DNA of 64,000 nt from a virus, in IMG/VR virus record IMGVR_UViG_3300033994_001756, positions 32,001 to 96,000 of that record; one strand, 5' to 3'. Below, piece by piece: positions 20,242-31,276 of the stretch; position 1 is the stretch's first letter; each line of letters begins with the position of its first letter. Under the pieces are notes generated by a model. It saw only the letters and a program-made list of their open reading frames with translations, was not told the origin of the DNA and ran no database searches. A program made the translations under genes and the position numbers.

Positions 20242-20793
20242 ATGTCTGTACTTAAGGTTGTCCAAAATATTGCTGCGGTGGCGTGTACTGGTGGTAACGC
20301 TACACAGTCCGCTGCAGTAATTGTACGAAGTGGAATTTATCGTTTTACTGCTGATGCTAGTGATGCAATTCATGTAGCATGGGGTGGCAATCCAACTGCG
20401 GTAGATGGGAATGATTTTCATATTCCAAAAGAAAGTTCTGAAATCGTAAAGTGTGCTACTCCAAAAAGAGTAAGAATTACTTCAATCACTAAAGGTGCAA
20501 CCAACACAGTGATGAATATTCCTCTTGATACTGGTACTCCTGGACATCCTTTTGCAGTTGGTGATTATGTAACTCTTACTGGATCTTCCGTTGCTGCATA
20601 CAATACTGGCATTGCACACTTAGCAGTTACAGCAGTTACTGATACTTCAATCACTGTTGCATTAAATTCATCTTCATATGCAGATTTTACTGGAACTGCG
20701 ACTCTTTCAAATTCAATTAAATTTTCCGTAAAGCCTGATGGTAATGGCGCTGCTACAGGACATATCACTGAAGTTCAGATTGTAGGTGGATAA
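20242..20793 (+). CDS. Hypothetical beta-rich late protein
   Basis: AGGAG SD; ATAAATA at 20211-20217; contains a GHPFAVGDYVTLTG module also seen in virion proteins. Confidence 0.7.
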   Translation: MSVLKVVQNIAAVACTGGNATQSAAVIVRSGIYRFTADASDAIHVAWGGNPTAVDGNDFHIPKESSEIVKCATPKRVRITSITKGATNTVMNIPLDTGTPGHPFAVGDYVTLTGSSVAAYNTGIAHLAVTAVTDTSITVALNSSSYADFTGTATLSNSIKFSVKPDGNGAATGHITEVQIVGG

Positions 20794-21551
20794 TGGCACA
20801 CAAAAAAGTTCCAACTGAAAAAGAAATTGCCAAAAAACATGGTGTATCAGTAGATTACGTTATCCGACAAGCTGAAGTCGGATCTACTGTAGAAAGAGAA
20901 CATGTCACAAAGCATGACGAAGCTTACAATATTGCACTTCAGCACATTGCAGAATTTCCAGATTACTACAAGCACTTACTCAAAATGGAAAAGAAACTAA
21001 AAGGGGAATGGAGAAACGGCAAAAAAGCTGTTAAGGAAGAAAAGGAAGAGGTACGTTATTGCCATCTTTGTGAAAAAGAAGAAACTAAATCTCAGTGTTC
21101 ATATGGTCCAAGTGCATGGGAAATGAATTCCAGAAGGATTCTTACCATGAAGGAGGATCATAAAGAAATTGCTTCTGGAAAAATCAAAGATCATGAAGGT
21201 TATATGGCAAAACTTGAGCTAGATCAAATGGAAAGATCTATCGCTATGCTTCGTAAAGTTATTCGTAAATCAGATCAGCAACTACCTGCATGGGTTCAGT
21301 CCAAAATTACCAGAGCTGCCGACTTTGTAGATACTGCTGCAGAGTATCTTGCATCAGATGAAAAAATTAGTGAGGGAAAATCATTTTCACAGTTCATGAA
21401 AGAGGCAAGCTTTGAGATTGGTGTTGGACACAAATCTGCTCAGAAGCAAGCAAAAATTGGAAAACTTGCAGATAAAACTGATAATCCTAACGAAAGGAAG
21501 GTGGCAAACACAATGAGAAAAGGTCCAGAATGGAAAAAACCAACGTTATAA
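20793..21551 (+). CDS. Modular hypothetical protein (DUF5661-like N-terminus); putative internal head protein
   Basis: G..VEREH......A..IALQH..E.PDYY motif; EGYMAK...LPAWVQSKIT module; internal KSFSQFMKE. Confidence 0.65.
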   Translation: MAHKKVPTEKEIAKKHGVSVDYVIRQAEVGSTVEREHVTKHDEAYNIALQHIAEFPDYYKHLLKMEKKLKGEWRNGKKAVKEEKEEVRYCHLCEKEETKSQCSYGPSAWEMNSRRILTMKEDHKEIASGKIKDHEGYMAKLELDQMERSIAMLRKVIRKSDQQLPAWVQSKITRAADFVDTAAEYLASDEKISEGKSFSQFMKEASFEIGVGHKSAQKQAKIGKLADKTDNPNERKVANTMRKGPEWKKPTL

Positions 21552-21560
21552 TAACATATT

Positions 21561-23237
21561 ATGAGTGAAAGATCTAGTTATAAAGGTAATCCTAACCTAA
21601 AACCTTCTAACGTACAAATACAATTTACTTCTGAACAATTAGAAGAGTATTTAAAGTGTCAAGAGGATCCAATTTATTTTGCTAAAAAATATATCAAAAT
21701 TGTTTCTCTTGACGAAGGTTTGGTCCCATTTAAAATGTGGGACTTTCAGGAAAAATTAATTGATAATTTCCATAAGCATAGATTCAATATTGCGAAGCTT
21801 CCTAGACAAACTGGTAAGTCAACAACTGTTGTATCTTACCTGCTTCACTATGCTCTTTTTAACCCAAACGTAAAAATAGCGATTCTTGCAAACAAAGCGG
21901 AGACCTCAAGGGAACTTCTATCCAGATTGCAGTTATCATATGAAAATCTACCTAAATGGCTACAGCAGGGCGTGGGTTCTTGGAACCGTGGCTCACTGGA
22001 GCTAGAGAACGGATCTAAGATTATTGCTGCCTCTACCTCCTCATCTGCTGTCCGAGGGAACTCATTTAACATCATTTTCTTGGACGAATTTGCGTTCATT
22101 CCAAACCACATTGCAGAGCAGTTCTTCAGTTCTGTATACCCAACCATTTCATCTGGTAAGACAACCAAAGTTATTATCATTTCCACTCCAAATGGAATGA
22201 ACATGTTCTACAAATTCTGGCATGATGCAGAACGAGGAAAGAACAGTTACACCCCTCTTGAAGTTAACTGGTGGGATGTCCCAGGTAGAGATCAGAAGTG
22301 GAAAGAAGAAACTATTGCAAACACTTCTCAAAGACAGTTTGAGCAGGAGTTTGAATGTACCTTCCTAGGATCTGTTGACACTCTTATCAATCCAAATAAA
22401 CTTCGTTCCATGGTGTACGAAGATCCACTAAAGAGAAGTGGAGGATTGGATATCTATGAAGAAGTTATTGAAGGTCATGATTATGTAATGACTGTTGACG
22501 TTGCCAGAGGAGTTGGCAATGATTACTCTGCGTTTGCTGTTGTAGATGTTACTACTATCCCATATAAATTAGTAGCCAAATATAAGAACAATGAGATTAA
22601 ACCAATCTTATTCCCAAACATTATTGATACTGTAGGACGTAATTATAACAACGCTAATGTGTTAGTGGAAGTGAATGATATTGGTGGACAAGTAGCAGAT
22701 ATTCTACAGTTTGATTTGGAATATGATAACTTATTAATGTGTGCAATGAAAGGTCGTGCTGGCCAGATAGTTGGGACTGGATTTTCAAATAAAGCACAGC
22801 TGGGAGTCAAGATGACTAAAGCTGTTAAAAAATATGGCTGTGCTAACCTAAAAGCATTAATTGAAGATGATAAATTATTAATCCCAGATTATGATATTAT
22901 TAGTGAGTTGACCACGTTTATTCAAAAAAGTGATACATTCAATGCAGAAGAAGGTTGCAATGATGACCTTGCGATGTGCTTGGTTATTTTTTCTTGGTTA
23001 GCAACTCAACCTTACTTTAGGGAGCTTACTTCAAATGACGTTAGGAAAAGAATTTTTGAAGATCAAAGAGAGGCTATTGAACAGGATATGGCTCCATTTG
23101 GTTTTATACTGGATGGCTTAACTGATAATGAAACAACTTTTGTAGATACAAAGGGAGACTACTGGACTTCAGCTACAGATAACAAGTGGAATGTAGATGA
23201 ATATGGTGATATGGCTTATATGTGGGAATACAAGTAA
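21561..23237 (+). CDS. gp17: Terminase large subunit gp17
   Basis: Walker A PRQTGKST, Walker B IIFLDEFAF, nuclease motifs VDVARG and NDDLAM. Confidence 0.97.
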   Translation: MSERSSYKGNPNLKPSNVQIQFTSEQLEEYLKCQEDPIYFAKKYIKIVSLDEGLVPFKMWDFQEKLIDNFHKHRFNIAKLPRQTGKSTTVVSYLLHYALFNPNVKIAILANKAETSRELLSRLQLSYENLPKWLQQGVGSWNRGSLELENGSKIIAASTSSSAVRGNSFNIIFLDEFAFIPNHIAEQFFSSVYPTISSGKTTKVIIISTPNGMNMFYKFWHDAERGKNSYTPLEVNWWDVPGRDQKWKEETIANTSQRQFEQEFECTFLGSVDTLINPNKLRSMVYEDPLKRSGGLDIYEEVIEGHDYVMTVDVARGVGNDYSAFAVVDVTTIPYKLVAKYKNNEIKPILFPNIIDTVGRNYNNANVLVEVNDIGGQVADILQFDLEYDNLLMCAMKGRAGQIVGTGFSNKAQLGVKMTKAVKKYGCANLKALIEDDKLLIPDYDIISELTTFIQKSDTFNAEEGCNDDLAMCLVIFSWLATQPYFRELTSNDVRKRIFEDQREAIEQDMAPFGFILDGLTDNETTFVDTKGDYWTSATDNKWNVDEYGDMAYMWEYK

Positions 23238-23252
23238 GCTCAAAATGCAAAG

Positions 23253-23263
23253 ATAAATAAATA
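23253..23263 (+). promoter_or_regulatory. Late promoter ATAAATA(AATA) for gp18
   Basis: Intergenic, upstream of a GAGG SD and the ATG at 23299. Confidence 0.75.
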
Positions 23264-23298
23264 GTTTTGAGAAAAAAAATCTCATAGAGGTAATAAAC

Positions 23299-25314
23299 AT
23301 GGCGTTTGCTTCACCTGGAGTATCTATCAAGGAAGTTGACTTAACTCCTACAATTAATGTATCCGACCAAAATGTTGGAGCAGTTGTAATTGCTGCTGAA
23401 ACTGGTCCTGTAGATACTGTAACTTTTGTTTCTAGTGAAAAAGAATTAATAGACACATTTGGCAAGCCAAATGACAACAATTATGAGTCTTGGTATGCTG
23501 CATCAACCATTATTCAGTATGGTGGCATTGTAGCAGTAGTAAGACCAACAAGTTCAAATATTGTACTAAGATCTGCATCTGATGCTGGTCTATCTAACTT
23601 TATCATCAAGAGTAAATTTGATTTCGATAATTATACTGGAACTGCATTCAAGTTTGCAGGAAGAAGTGCAGGTTCACTATTCAATTCAATCAAAGTAGTT
23701 GCAGTTGATCACGGTGCAGATCAGATAATTACTTACACTGGTACAGACCCTTCAGTAGTTGCTGGTGATGCAATTAGAATTCTAAATGGTGGAACTCTAC
23801 TTGGCACTGGATGGATTTATAAAGTAGATACTACTGCAAATACTCTTCACATTATCCTAAACGATAGCACTAAGAGAATTCCATCTTCTGGAATTACTAC
23901 TTATAGCATTACAGATAACGCTGGAACTCCTGTAGTATTAGTTGCAGCTGGCGAAATTGGATCTGTAAGCAATACTTACTACGATACTCTAGAATACGCT
24001 TCTGGATTAAAGTGGAGAGATGTAGCACCTCAACCAGGAACATCTTCATCAGTAGCTTCAAAGGGTGGTAGGTTTGATGAAATGCATATTCTTGTTCTCG
24101 ATGAGGACGGAATTATTACAGGTACTCCAAATACAATTCTAGAAAAATATCTATTTGTTTCAAAAGCAAAAGATGCAAGCACTCTAGATGGATCACTAGT
24201 GTACTTCCACACTGCAATTGCAGAAAGATCCAAGTATATATTCCCAGGTTATTCAACTGGTTTAGATTTTATTGGCACTTCTAAAATTGCCCTTGAAGGA
24301 GTAACCAATACAACAATTGGAGAAGCTAATAGTGCAAATAAAGTATTTTCACCAATTCTAAATTCAGGAGTTTCAGTTCTAGGTTTTAGCCTAACAGGTG
24401 GAACTGATTATGATTTTACAACTGATTCAGCTGATATTTCAGCTGCAGTAACTAACGGTTATGAACTCTTTAGAGATTCTGAAACTTTCAATGATATAGA
24501 TTTCTTAATTCCAGGAACCATTAGTGCTGATAGAGCAGCTAAAGTAATTGATATTGCAGAATCAAGAAGAGATTGCGTAGCAGTAATTTCTCCAAGAAGA
24601 TCAGATGTAATTAACAGTTCACCAAGTTCAGTTAAAACTGAAAACATTGTAGATTTCTTTAGTGGAATTGCAAGTAGTTCATTTGCGATGTTTGATTCTG
24701 GATACAAGTACATCTATGATAAGTTTAATGATACTTATCGTTATGTTCCTTGTGCAGCAGATGTTGCAGGTCTTTGTATTAACACCACTATCAACTCAGA
24801 AACTTGGTTCTCTCCAGCAGGTTACAACAGAGGTAACTTAAGAAATGCAACTAAACTTGCATACTCACCAAAGCAAAATGAAAGAGATAGACTTTACACA
24901 AATAGAATTAATCCTATCGTTTCTTTCCCAGGACAAGGAATCGTTTTATTCGGTGATAAGACTGCAATATCTTCTCCTAGTGCTTTTAACAGAATCAATG
25001 TTCGTAGACTCTTCATTGAACTTGAAAGAAACGTTGCTGGATTCTCTAAATTCCAACTGTTTGAAATGAATGATGAAGTAACTAGAAGTTCATTTAAGGC
25101 TGCAGTTGAACCTTACCTAAGAGGTGTCCAAGGTAGAAGAGGAATCTATGACTTCCTTGTAGTTTGTGATGAGACAAATAACACCGCAGATGTTATTGAC
25201 AGAAATGAATTTAATGCTGAAATTTATATTAAGCCTGCAAGAAGTATTAACTTTATCACAATCACCTTTGTTGCTACACGAACTGGCATTTCCTTTGGCG
25301 AACTAACTCAGTAA
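23299..25314 (+). CDS. gp18: Tail sheath protein gp18
   Basis: SPGVSIKEVDLT, WFSPAGYNRG, FGDKT and RINVRRLF motifs. Confidence 0.97.
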   Translation: MAFASPGVSIKEVDLTPTINVSDQNVGAVVIAAETGPVDTVTFVSSEKELIDTFGKPNDNNYESWYAASTIIQYGGIVAVVRPTSSNIVLRSASDAGLSNFIIKSKFDFDNYTGTAFKFAGRSAGSLFNSIKVVAVDHGADQIITYTGTDPSVVAGDAIRILNGGTLLGTGWIYKVDTTANTLHIILNDSTKRIPSSGITTYSITDNAGTPVVLVAAGEIGSVSNTYYDTLEYASGLKWRDVAPQPGTSSSVASKGGRFDEMHILVLDEDGIITGTPNTILEKYLFVSKAKDASTLDGSLVYFHTAIAERSKYIFPGYSTGLDFIGTSKIALEGVTNTTIGEANSANKVFSPILNSGVSVLGFSLTGGTDYDFTTDSADISAAVTNGYELFRDSETFNDIDFLIPGTISADRAAKVIDIAESRRDCVAVISPRRSDVINSSPSSVKTENIVDFFSGIASSSFAMFDSGYKYIYDKFNDTYRYVPCAADVAGLCINTTINSETWFSPAGYNRGNLRNATKLAYSPKQNERDRLYTNRINPIVSFPGQGIVLFGDKTAISSPSAFNRINVRRLFIELERNVAGFSKFQLFEMNDEVTRSSFKAAVEPYLRGVQGRRGIYDFLVVCDETNNTADVIDRNEFNAEIYIKPARSINFITITFVATRTGISFGELTQ

Positions 25315-25346
25315 TTATTCTTTCGTAAACCATCTAGGAGAAAACA

Positions 25347-25979
25347 ATGGCTAAGAGTATTTCAGATTTCAAATCATATTTAAAGAAGGGTGGTGCAAGA
25401 CCTAATCTATTTTTGGTTAGATTAAATTTTCCATCTGACTTAGGGCAAGTTATAGATGTTGGTAACACTGGATCTTCATCTCCAAACTTAACCGCCCAAG
25501 CTGAATTTCTTGTAAAAACTGCACAAATTCCAGCATCAAATATTGGAACTATTGAAGTTCCTTTCCGTGGACGAATGTTGAAAGTTGCTGGAGACAGAAC
25601 TTTTGAACCATGGTCAGTTACAGTAGTAAATGATGGAAATTTTGAAATTCGTAAAGCATTTGAAACATGGTCAAGAGGAATTAATGCCCTAACTGAAAAC
25701 GTATCTCAGCTAGGATATGGTGCAAATGGTGGCGCATCTTACTGTGTTGATATGACAGTATATCAACTAAGCAGAGATGGCATAACACCAACTAGAGGAC
25801 CAGATTCAACTACAGCAGGAACAGATAATCTAGACACAGTTCGTGCGTATAGATTCTATGATGCATGGCCATCTGCAATTTCTTCAATCGATCTATCCTT
25901 TGAAGCAAATGACCAAATTGAAGAGTTCACTGTAGAATTCCAGTATAACTTCTTTGAAGTAACTAAGGATAGAATTTGA
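25347..25979 (+). CDS. gp19: Tail tube protein gp19
   Basis: GGARPNLF, VPFRGRMLKVAGDRTFEPW and IEEFTVEFQY motifs. Confidence 0.97.
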   Translation: MAKSISDFKSYLKKGGARPNLFLVRLNFPSDLGQVIDVGNTGSSSPNLTAQAEFLVKTAQIPASNIGTIEVPFRGRMLKVAGDRTFEPWSVTVVNDGNFEIRKAFETWSRGINALTENVSQLGYGANGGASYCVDMTVYQLSRDGITPTRGPDSTTAGTDNLDTVRAYRFYDAWPSAISSIDLSFEANDQIEEFTVEFQYNFFEVTKDRI

Positions 25980-25981
25980 TA

Positions 25982-25988
25982 CTAAATA
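25982..25988 (+). promoter_or_regulatory. Late promoter CTAAATA for gp20
   Basis: Intergenic, 23 nt before the ATG. Confidence 0.65.
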
Positions 25989-26011
25989 CATAAAAGAGTT
26001 TTAGGATTATT

Positions 26012-27697
26012 ATGACGCAACTATTTGGTTTCTCTATTGAAGACAGAAGGAAGAAACCAGCAAAGGCGTTTTCACCAGCGCCTCCTAATGATGATGATGG
26101 CACCTCAGTTGTAGCTGCAGGTGCCTATTTTGGTCAGTACCTAGACCTAGATGGTGTCGGTCAGCATAATAATGAATTTGAGCTGGTTAGAAAATATAGA
26201 GAAATTGCACTTCACCCAGAAATTGATAGCGCCATTGATGATATTATCAATGAAGCTATTAGTAGTGATTTGGATTATGCTCCGGTAGCAGTAGAGTTAT
26301 CTACTTTAGAGGCAAGTGATAAAATTAAAAAATCAATCAAAGAAGAATTTAGTAATATTTTAAGACTACTAAGCTTTGATAAAAAGTGTCATAATATTTT
26401 CCGTCGTTGGTATATTGATGGAAGATTATATTACCATAAAATTATTGACTTTGATAAGCCAAAGGAAGGCATCAAGGAATTAAGATATATTGATTCGCTT
26501 AAAATTAAAAGAGTTAGAGAAATTAAAAGGCAGAAGAATGTAGATTCTCTAACCACCATGGAAGGTCAAAAATATGACTATGGTGAGTTTATTGAATACT
26601 ACATTTATTTCCCACGAGGATATAAAGGTTCAGATGCTAATGGTATCAAAATTTCAAACGATGCCGTTACATACGTAACATCTGGACTGTTTGACCATAA
26701 CAGAAATATGGTTCTTAGCTATCTCTACAAAGCTATTAAGTCTGTAAACCAGCTAAGAATGATTGAAGATAGTCTCGTTATCTACAGACTATCTCGTGCT
26801 CCAGAACGTCGTATTTTCTATATTGATGTAGGCAATCTCCCAAAGATTAAAGCTGAGCAATACCTACGTGAAGTTATGGGTAGATATAGAAATAAAGTTG
26901 TATATGATTCTGCGACTGGTGAAATCAGAGATGATAGAAAGCATATGAGTATGCTTGAAGATTTCTGGCTACCTCGTCGTGAAGGTGGTCGTGGTACAGA
27001 AATTACCACACTTCCAGGTGGACAGAATCTCGGAGAACTTGAAGATGTCAAGTATTTCCAGAAGAAACTTTATAAGTCCCTAAATATTCCCCTCTCAAGA
27101 CTAGAGCAAGAAAGTTCATTTACCATTGGTAGAACTAACGAAATCACTAGAGATGAACTTAAGTTTGCTAAGTTTGTTGGTAGACTTCGTAAACGTTTCA
27201 GTGAACTATTCCATGATCTACTCAGAACTCAGTTAATTCTAAAAGGAATTATTACTACAGATGACTGGGAAGAAATGAAAGAATATATTCAGTATGATTA
27301 TATCTTTGATAATCATTTTACTGAACTTAAAAATACTGAACTTCTCAATGATCGCCTTAACATTGTCAATCAAGTAGAACCATACCTTGGTAAATATTTT
27401 TCTGTTGAATATGTTCGCAGACAAATTCTCAAGCAAACTGATGATGAGATTGAAGAAATTGATATGCAGATTGAGAAAGAAAAAGAACTTGGAATTATTC
27501 AAGATCCCAATGCAATGATGATGGATCAAGGCATGGGAGGTGGAGCACTACCTCCAGGCCAAGAGCAACCTATGCCAACTGATCAAGCAGCATCTGGTGA
27601 AGCTGGTCCTGCTGGAGGCGGAGCATCAGCTGGAGGACTTGATGCAGAATTTAAAAATTACATCTCTCCTTCGGATTACGGAAAAGGTAAATTTTAA
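26012..27697 (+). CDS. gp20: Portal vertex protein gp20
   Basis: YRLSRAPERRIFYIDVGNLPK and EDFWLPRREGGRGTEITTLPGGQNLG motifs. Confidence 0.98.
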   Translation: MTQLFGFSIEDRRKKPAKAFSPAPPNDDDGTSVVAAGAYFGQYLDLDGVGQHNNEFELVRKYREIALHPEIDSAIDDIINEAISSDLDYAPVAVELSTLEASDKIKKSIKEEFSNILRLLSFDKKCHNIFRRWYIDGRLYYHKIIDFDKPKEGIKELRYIDSLKIKRVREIKRQKNVDSLTTMEGQKYDYGEFIEYYIYFPRGYKGSDANGIKISNDAVTYVTSGLFDHNRNMVLSYLYKAIKSVNQLRMIEDSLVIYRLSRAPERRIFYIDVGNLPKIKAEQYLREVMGRYRNKVVYDSATGEIRDDRKHMSMLEDFWLPRREGGRGTEITTLPGGQNLGELEDVKYFQKKLYKSLNIPLSRLEQESSFTIGRTNEITRDELKFAKFVGRLRKRFSELFHDLLRTQLILKGIITTDDWEEMKEYIQYDYIFDNHFTELKNTELLNDRLNIVNQVEPYLGKYFSVEYVRRQILKQTDDEIEEIDMQIEKEKELGIIQDPNAMMMDQGMGGGALPPGQEQPMPTDQAASGEAGPAGGGASAGGLDAEFKNYISPSDYGKGKF

Positions 27698-27737
27698 TAA
27701 ATAGTTATTGTAATTTTTATACATTATTGAGGTTTTT

Positions 27738-27992
27738 ATGTCTTTGTCACAAGAAATTGTAGATAGCATTATTGCTAGAAACAATCTAAATGCAAATGAA
27801 AAAATTTACGATGCTCTATATGGAATAGCTTCTGAGAAAATCGGCATGAGACAAGTTGAGCTTGCTCAGAATATGTTTGCATCAGGAAACTATGAGGATG
27901 AAGATGATTATTATGAAGAAGGTGAATCTGTAGACGAATATGACGATGAGGATGACGACGACCAAGTACCAGAAGACGAGTACGAACAATGA
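27738..27992 (+). CDS. Small acidic prohead core protein (gp67/gp68 position)
   Basis: Lies between gp20 and gp21; ATAAATA at 27697-27703; GAGG SD; very acidic C-terminus. Confidence 0.7.
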   Translation: MSLSQEIVDSIIARNNLNANEKIYDALYGIASEKIGMRQVELAQNMFASGNYEDEDDYYEEGESVDEYDDEDDDDQVPEDEYEQ

Positions 27993-28642
27993 AACTAATC
28001 ACAGAAACTATCGAAGATATTAGAGTTATCACCGAAGAACGAGGTGGTAAAAAGAACCTATATATTGAAGGAGTATTTCTTCAAGCGGAATTAAAAAACC
28101 GCAATGGCCGTATGTATCCAATGGAAACTCTCAATAGAGAAGTGGGTGCATATAATGAGAATTATGTTGCCAAGGGTCGTGCTCTCGGTGAACTTGGTCA
28201 TCCAGATAGTCCAACCATCAATCTAGATAGAGTATCTCATAAGATTGTTTCTCTTTGTGCAGAAGGGACTAATTTTATTGGTAAAGCTCAAATTCTAGAA
28301 ACCCCTATGGGTAAAATTGCTAAGTCTCTTCTTGAGTCTGGCGTTACACTCGGAGTTTCCTCAAGAGGCATTGGATCGATTGAGGAAAGAAACGGTGTTA
28401 ATGTAGTTAAAGATGACTTCATGTTATCTACTGCTGCCGATATCGTTGCAGATCCTTCTGCCCCAGATGCTTTCGTGCAAGGCATTATGGAAGGTAGAGA
28501 ATGGATTTGGAACAATGGAATGCTAGAAGAAAAAGTAATCAATAGCTATAGACGAGCAATTAATAACGCTTCTTCTAATAGTTTAACCGAAAGAAAACTA
28601 CAAGTTTTTGAAAGTTTTCTTCGTAATATCAAAATTTCATAA
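27989..28642 (+). CDS. gp21: Prohead core protease gp21
   Basis: MKLITE, NRNGRMYP, ALGELGHP, GVSSRG and DIVADPSAPDAFV motifs. Confidence 0.97.
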   Translation: MKLITETIEDIRVITEERGGKKNLYIEGVFLQAELKNRNGRMYPMETLNREVGAYNENYVAKGRALGELGHPDSPTINLDRVSHKIVSLCAEGTNFIGKAQILETPMGKIAKSLLESGVTLGVSSRGIGSIEERNGVNVVKDDFMLSTAADIVADPSAPDAFVQGIMEGREWIWNNGMLEEKVINSYRRAINNASSNSLTERKLQVFESFLRNIKIS

Positions 28643-28684
28643 ATAATAGTAGAAAATATCACATATTTCTAGAGGGTTTTTTCG

Positions 28685-29815
28685 ATGTCCAATGTATTAA
28701 ATACAGAATTTGACGAATTTCTAGAAGAAGGAAACGTTGTCACTGCTCACGCCAAACCAGGAGACCGTATGGAAAGATTACAACACAGCACTCCTGGCCA
28801 GGGTGCATCACCAGAAGAACTAGGTGGATCATCCACCACTAAACCAGAAGGTGATGAAATTGGTAAAAAGGCTTCTTCAAGAATGAGTAAGTCATCTTCT
28901 AAAGTAAATGCTGGTGCAAAGTCACCAGATGGTATGGCTCGTCTTCAAGGCTCAGCTCCTGGCCAATCAGGAATGAGAGAAGAAGAGGATCTAGATGATG
29001 AAGATCTACTTGCCGAAGGTGAGTGTGAGGATGATGAGTATAACAATAAAGAAGATGGGGAAAAGTCTTCTAAGAAGTCAAAGACTAAAATGAAGGCAGA
29101 AGAGATCGACATCGATGTAACCGATGATCTCAATGCTCTCTTCCACGGAGAAGAACTCTCCGAACACTTCATGCAAAAGGCTGCAACAATTTTTGAAGCT
29201 GCAGTCAAAGCTAAAGTAGTTGAAGAAGTTCAAAAGTTTGAGGCACTATACGAACAGCGTCTAATCGAGGAAATCGAAGAGATCGCTGAGTCCCTAGAGA
29301 CTCGTGTAGACGCTCACCTTGATTATGTTGCTGAGCAATGGATTGCCGAGAATCAGCTTTCCGTTGACAATGGCATCAAGACCGAGATTGCTGAAAATCT
29401 AATGCAAGGTCTTGCAAATCTCTTCCTAGAGAACAATATTGATCTCCCAGAAGAGCAACAAGATGTAGTTGCCGAAATGGCAGCTAGACTAGATGAGATG
29501 GAGGAAAAACTCAACGAACAGATTGAAGTCAATGTTGAGCTAAACCAAGAAATCGGATCCTATATTAAACATGGAATTATTGCAGAAGTATCCGAAGGTC
29601 TAGCAGAAACACAGAAAGAAAAACTGTTCAACCTTTCAGAAGGTGTTGAGTTTATTAGTGAAGAATCTTTCCGTGACAAGATTGAAACTATTAAGGAAAA
29701 CTATTTCCCAAGAGTTCAGTCCAATTATGTGGAAGACCTCGTTGAAAAGAATCAAGACTTCTATGAGGGACCAATGGCAGCATATGTAAATGCTGTTTCC
29801 AGATGGGCTCAGTGA
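28685..29815 (+). CDS. gp22: Prohead scaffold protein gp22
   Basis: ELSEHFMQKAATIFEAAV and YVAEQW motifs, acidic coiled coil; late box ATAAATA at 28639-28645. Confidence 0.95.
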   Translation: MSNVLNTEFDEFLEEGNVVTAHAKPGDRMERLQHSTPGQGASPEELGGSSTTKPEGDEIGKKASSRMSKSSSKVNAGAKSPDGMARLQGSAPGQSGMREEEDLDDEDLLAEGECEDDEYNNKEDGEKSSKKSKTKMKAEEIDIDVTDDLNALFHGEELSEHFMQKAATIFEAAVKAKVVEEVQKFEALYEQRLIEEIEEIAESLETRVDAHLDYVAEQWIAENQLSVDNGIKTEIAENLMQGLANLFLENNIDLPEEQQDVVAEMAARLDEMEEKLNEQIEVNVELNQEIGSYIKHGIIAEVSEGLAETQKEKLFNLSEGVEFISEESFRDKIETIKENYFPRVQSNYVEDLVEKNQDFYEGPMAAYVNAVSRWAQ

Positions 29816-29828
29816 TAGTCTAGATTTT

Positions 29829-29836
29829 TATAAATA
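29829..29836 (+). promoter_or_regulatory. Late promoter TATAAATA for gp23
   Basis: Exact consensus; AAGGAG SD downstream. Confidence 0.85.
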
Positions 29837-29884
29837 TTAATAGATTCCTAACAATAAATTTAACAACCAAGGAGTTTAACCCCG

Positions 29885-31276
29885 ATGTTTAATTCAGAAC
29901 AGCTACAAAGAAAATGGGCTCCTATCCTGGAGCATAACGATCTAAATCCAATTACAGATAGATATCGTAAGGCAGTAACCGCAGTTCTCCTTGAGAACCA
30001 AGAATCATTTCTCCGTGAAGAGCGTGGAGTTCTTTCAGAAGTTGCTGTTAACAGCACTGGTTCATTCACTGCAGGTGGTGCTGGTACAGGCGCACATGGC
30101 TTCTCAGGTGGCGCAGCCGCTGGCGGTCCTGTTGCTGGTTTCGATCCAGTTCTAATCAGCCTCATTCGCCGTTCAATGCCTAAGCTAATTGCTTATGACA
30201 TTTGCGGTGTTCAGCCAATGAGCGGTCCTACTGGACTAATCTTCGCAATGCGTGCTCATCGTGGTACTGACCGTAACGGTAACGGTGCTACTCCAAACGT
30301 ATTCGACAACGAGACCTTCTTCAACGAAGTTCCTTCTGGTTTCTCTGCTGCTGGTGGTGCATACTCTGCTGCAACTGGCGAAACTGCAACCAACCCAGGC
30401 GTACTAAACGCTGCTTCTCCTGGTGATTATGGTTACGTTGGTGGTATGAACACCAACGCTGCTGAAGCTCTAGGTGAGTCTGGTTCAGAGTTCCGTGAAA
30501 TGAGCTTCTCAATCGAGAAGGTAACTGTAACAGCAAAGAGCCGTGCTCTAAAAGCTGAGTACACCCTAGAACTAGCACAAGACCTCAAGGCTATTCATGG
30601 TCTTGATGCTGAGACTGAGCTTGCTAACATCCTAAGCTCAGAGATTCTAACTGAAATCAACCGTGAAGTTGTACGTACCATCTACGTAACCGCTAAGCCT
30701 GGTGCTCAGAACAACGTAGCTAACGCTGGTACTTTTGACCTCGACGTTGACTCCAATGGTCGTTGGTCAGTTGAGAAGTTCAAGGGTCTACTATTCCAGA
30801 TCGAGCGTGATGCAAACGCAATCGGTCATGAGACTCGTCGTGGAAAGGGCAACTTCATCGTCTGTTCAGCAGACGTTGCAAGTGCTCTAGCTGCAGCTAA
30901 GGTAATGGATTACACCCCACTACTCAATCCTAACGATACCCCAGACGACACCGTATCAACTCTAGCTGGTACAATCAATGGTCGTATCAAGGTTTATGTT
31001 GATCCTTATTCAGCAAACATCTCTAACGATCACTACTATGTGATGGGTTATAAGGGAACCAATGCATACGATGCAGGTCTCTTCTACTGCCCATACGTTC
31101 CTCTCCAAATGGTTCGTTCCATCGGTCAGGACACCTTCCAGCCTAAGATTGGCTTCAAGACCCGTTACGGCATGGTTGCAAACCCATTCGCAGGTGGTCT
31201 TACCCAGCGTTCTGGCGCTCTCCAAGCAAACGATAACGTTTACTACAGAAGAACCAGAGTTATCAACCTAATGTGA
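29885..31276 (+). CDS. gp23: Major capsid protein gp23
   Basis: KWAPIL, LIRRSMP, GVQPMSGPTGLIFAMR, SRALKAEYTLELAQDLKAIHGLDAE and FQPKIGFKTRYG motifs. Confidence 0.99.
   Translation: MFNSEQLQRKWAPILEHNDLNPITDRYRKAVTAVLLENQESFLREERGVLSEVAVNSTGSFTAGGAGTGAHGFSGGAAAGGPVAGFDPVLISLIRRSMPKLIAYDICGVQPMSGPTGLIFAMRAHRGTDRNGNGATPNVFDNETFFNEVPSGFSAAGGAYSAATGETATNPGVLNAASPGDYGYVGGMNTNAAEALGESGSEFREMSFSIEKVTVTAKSRALKAEYTLELAQDLKAIHGLDAETELANILSSEILTEINREVVRTIYVTAKPGAQNNVANAGTFDLDVDSNGRWSVEKFKGLLFQIERDANAIGHETRRGKGNFIVCSADVASALAAAKVMDYTPLLNPNDTPDDTVSTLAGTINGRIKVYVDPYSANISNDHYYVMGYKGTNAYDAGLFYCPYVPLQMVRSIGQDTFQPKIGFKTRYGMVANPFAGGLTQRSGALQANDNVYYRRTRVINLM

Noticed and set aside
24845-31271. +1 ORFs in gp18 (24845-25069) and gp23 (31062-31271), and similarly 44936, 51750 and 54310
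   Set aside because: Host codon usage there is the ordinary T/C-ending highly expressed pattern, with no rare-codon patch or SD. They serve as the null expectation for the overprinting hypothesis.
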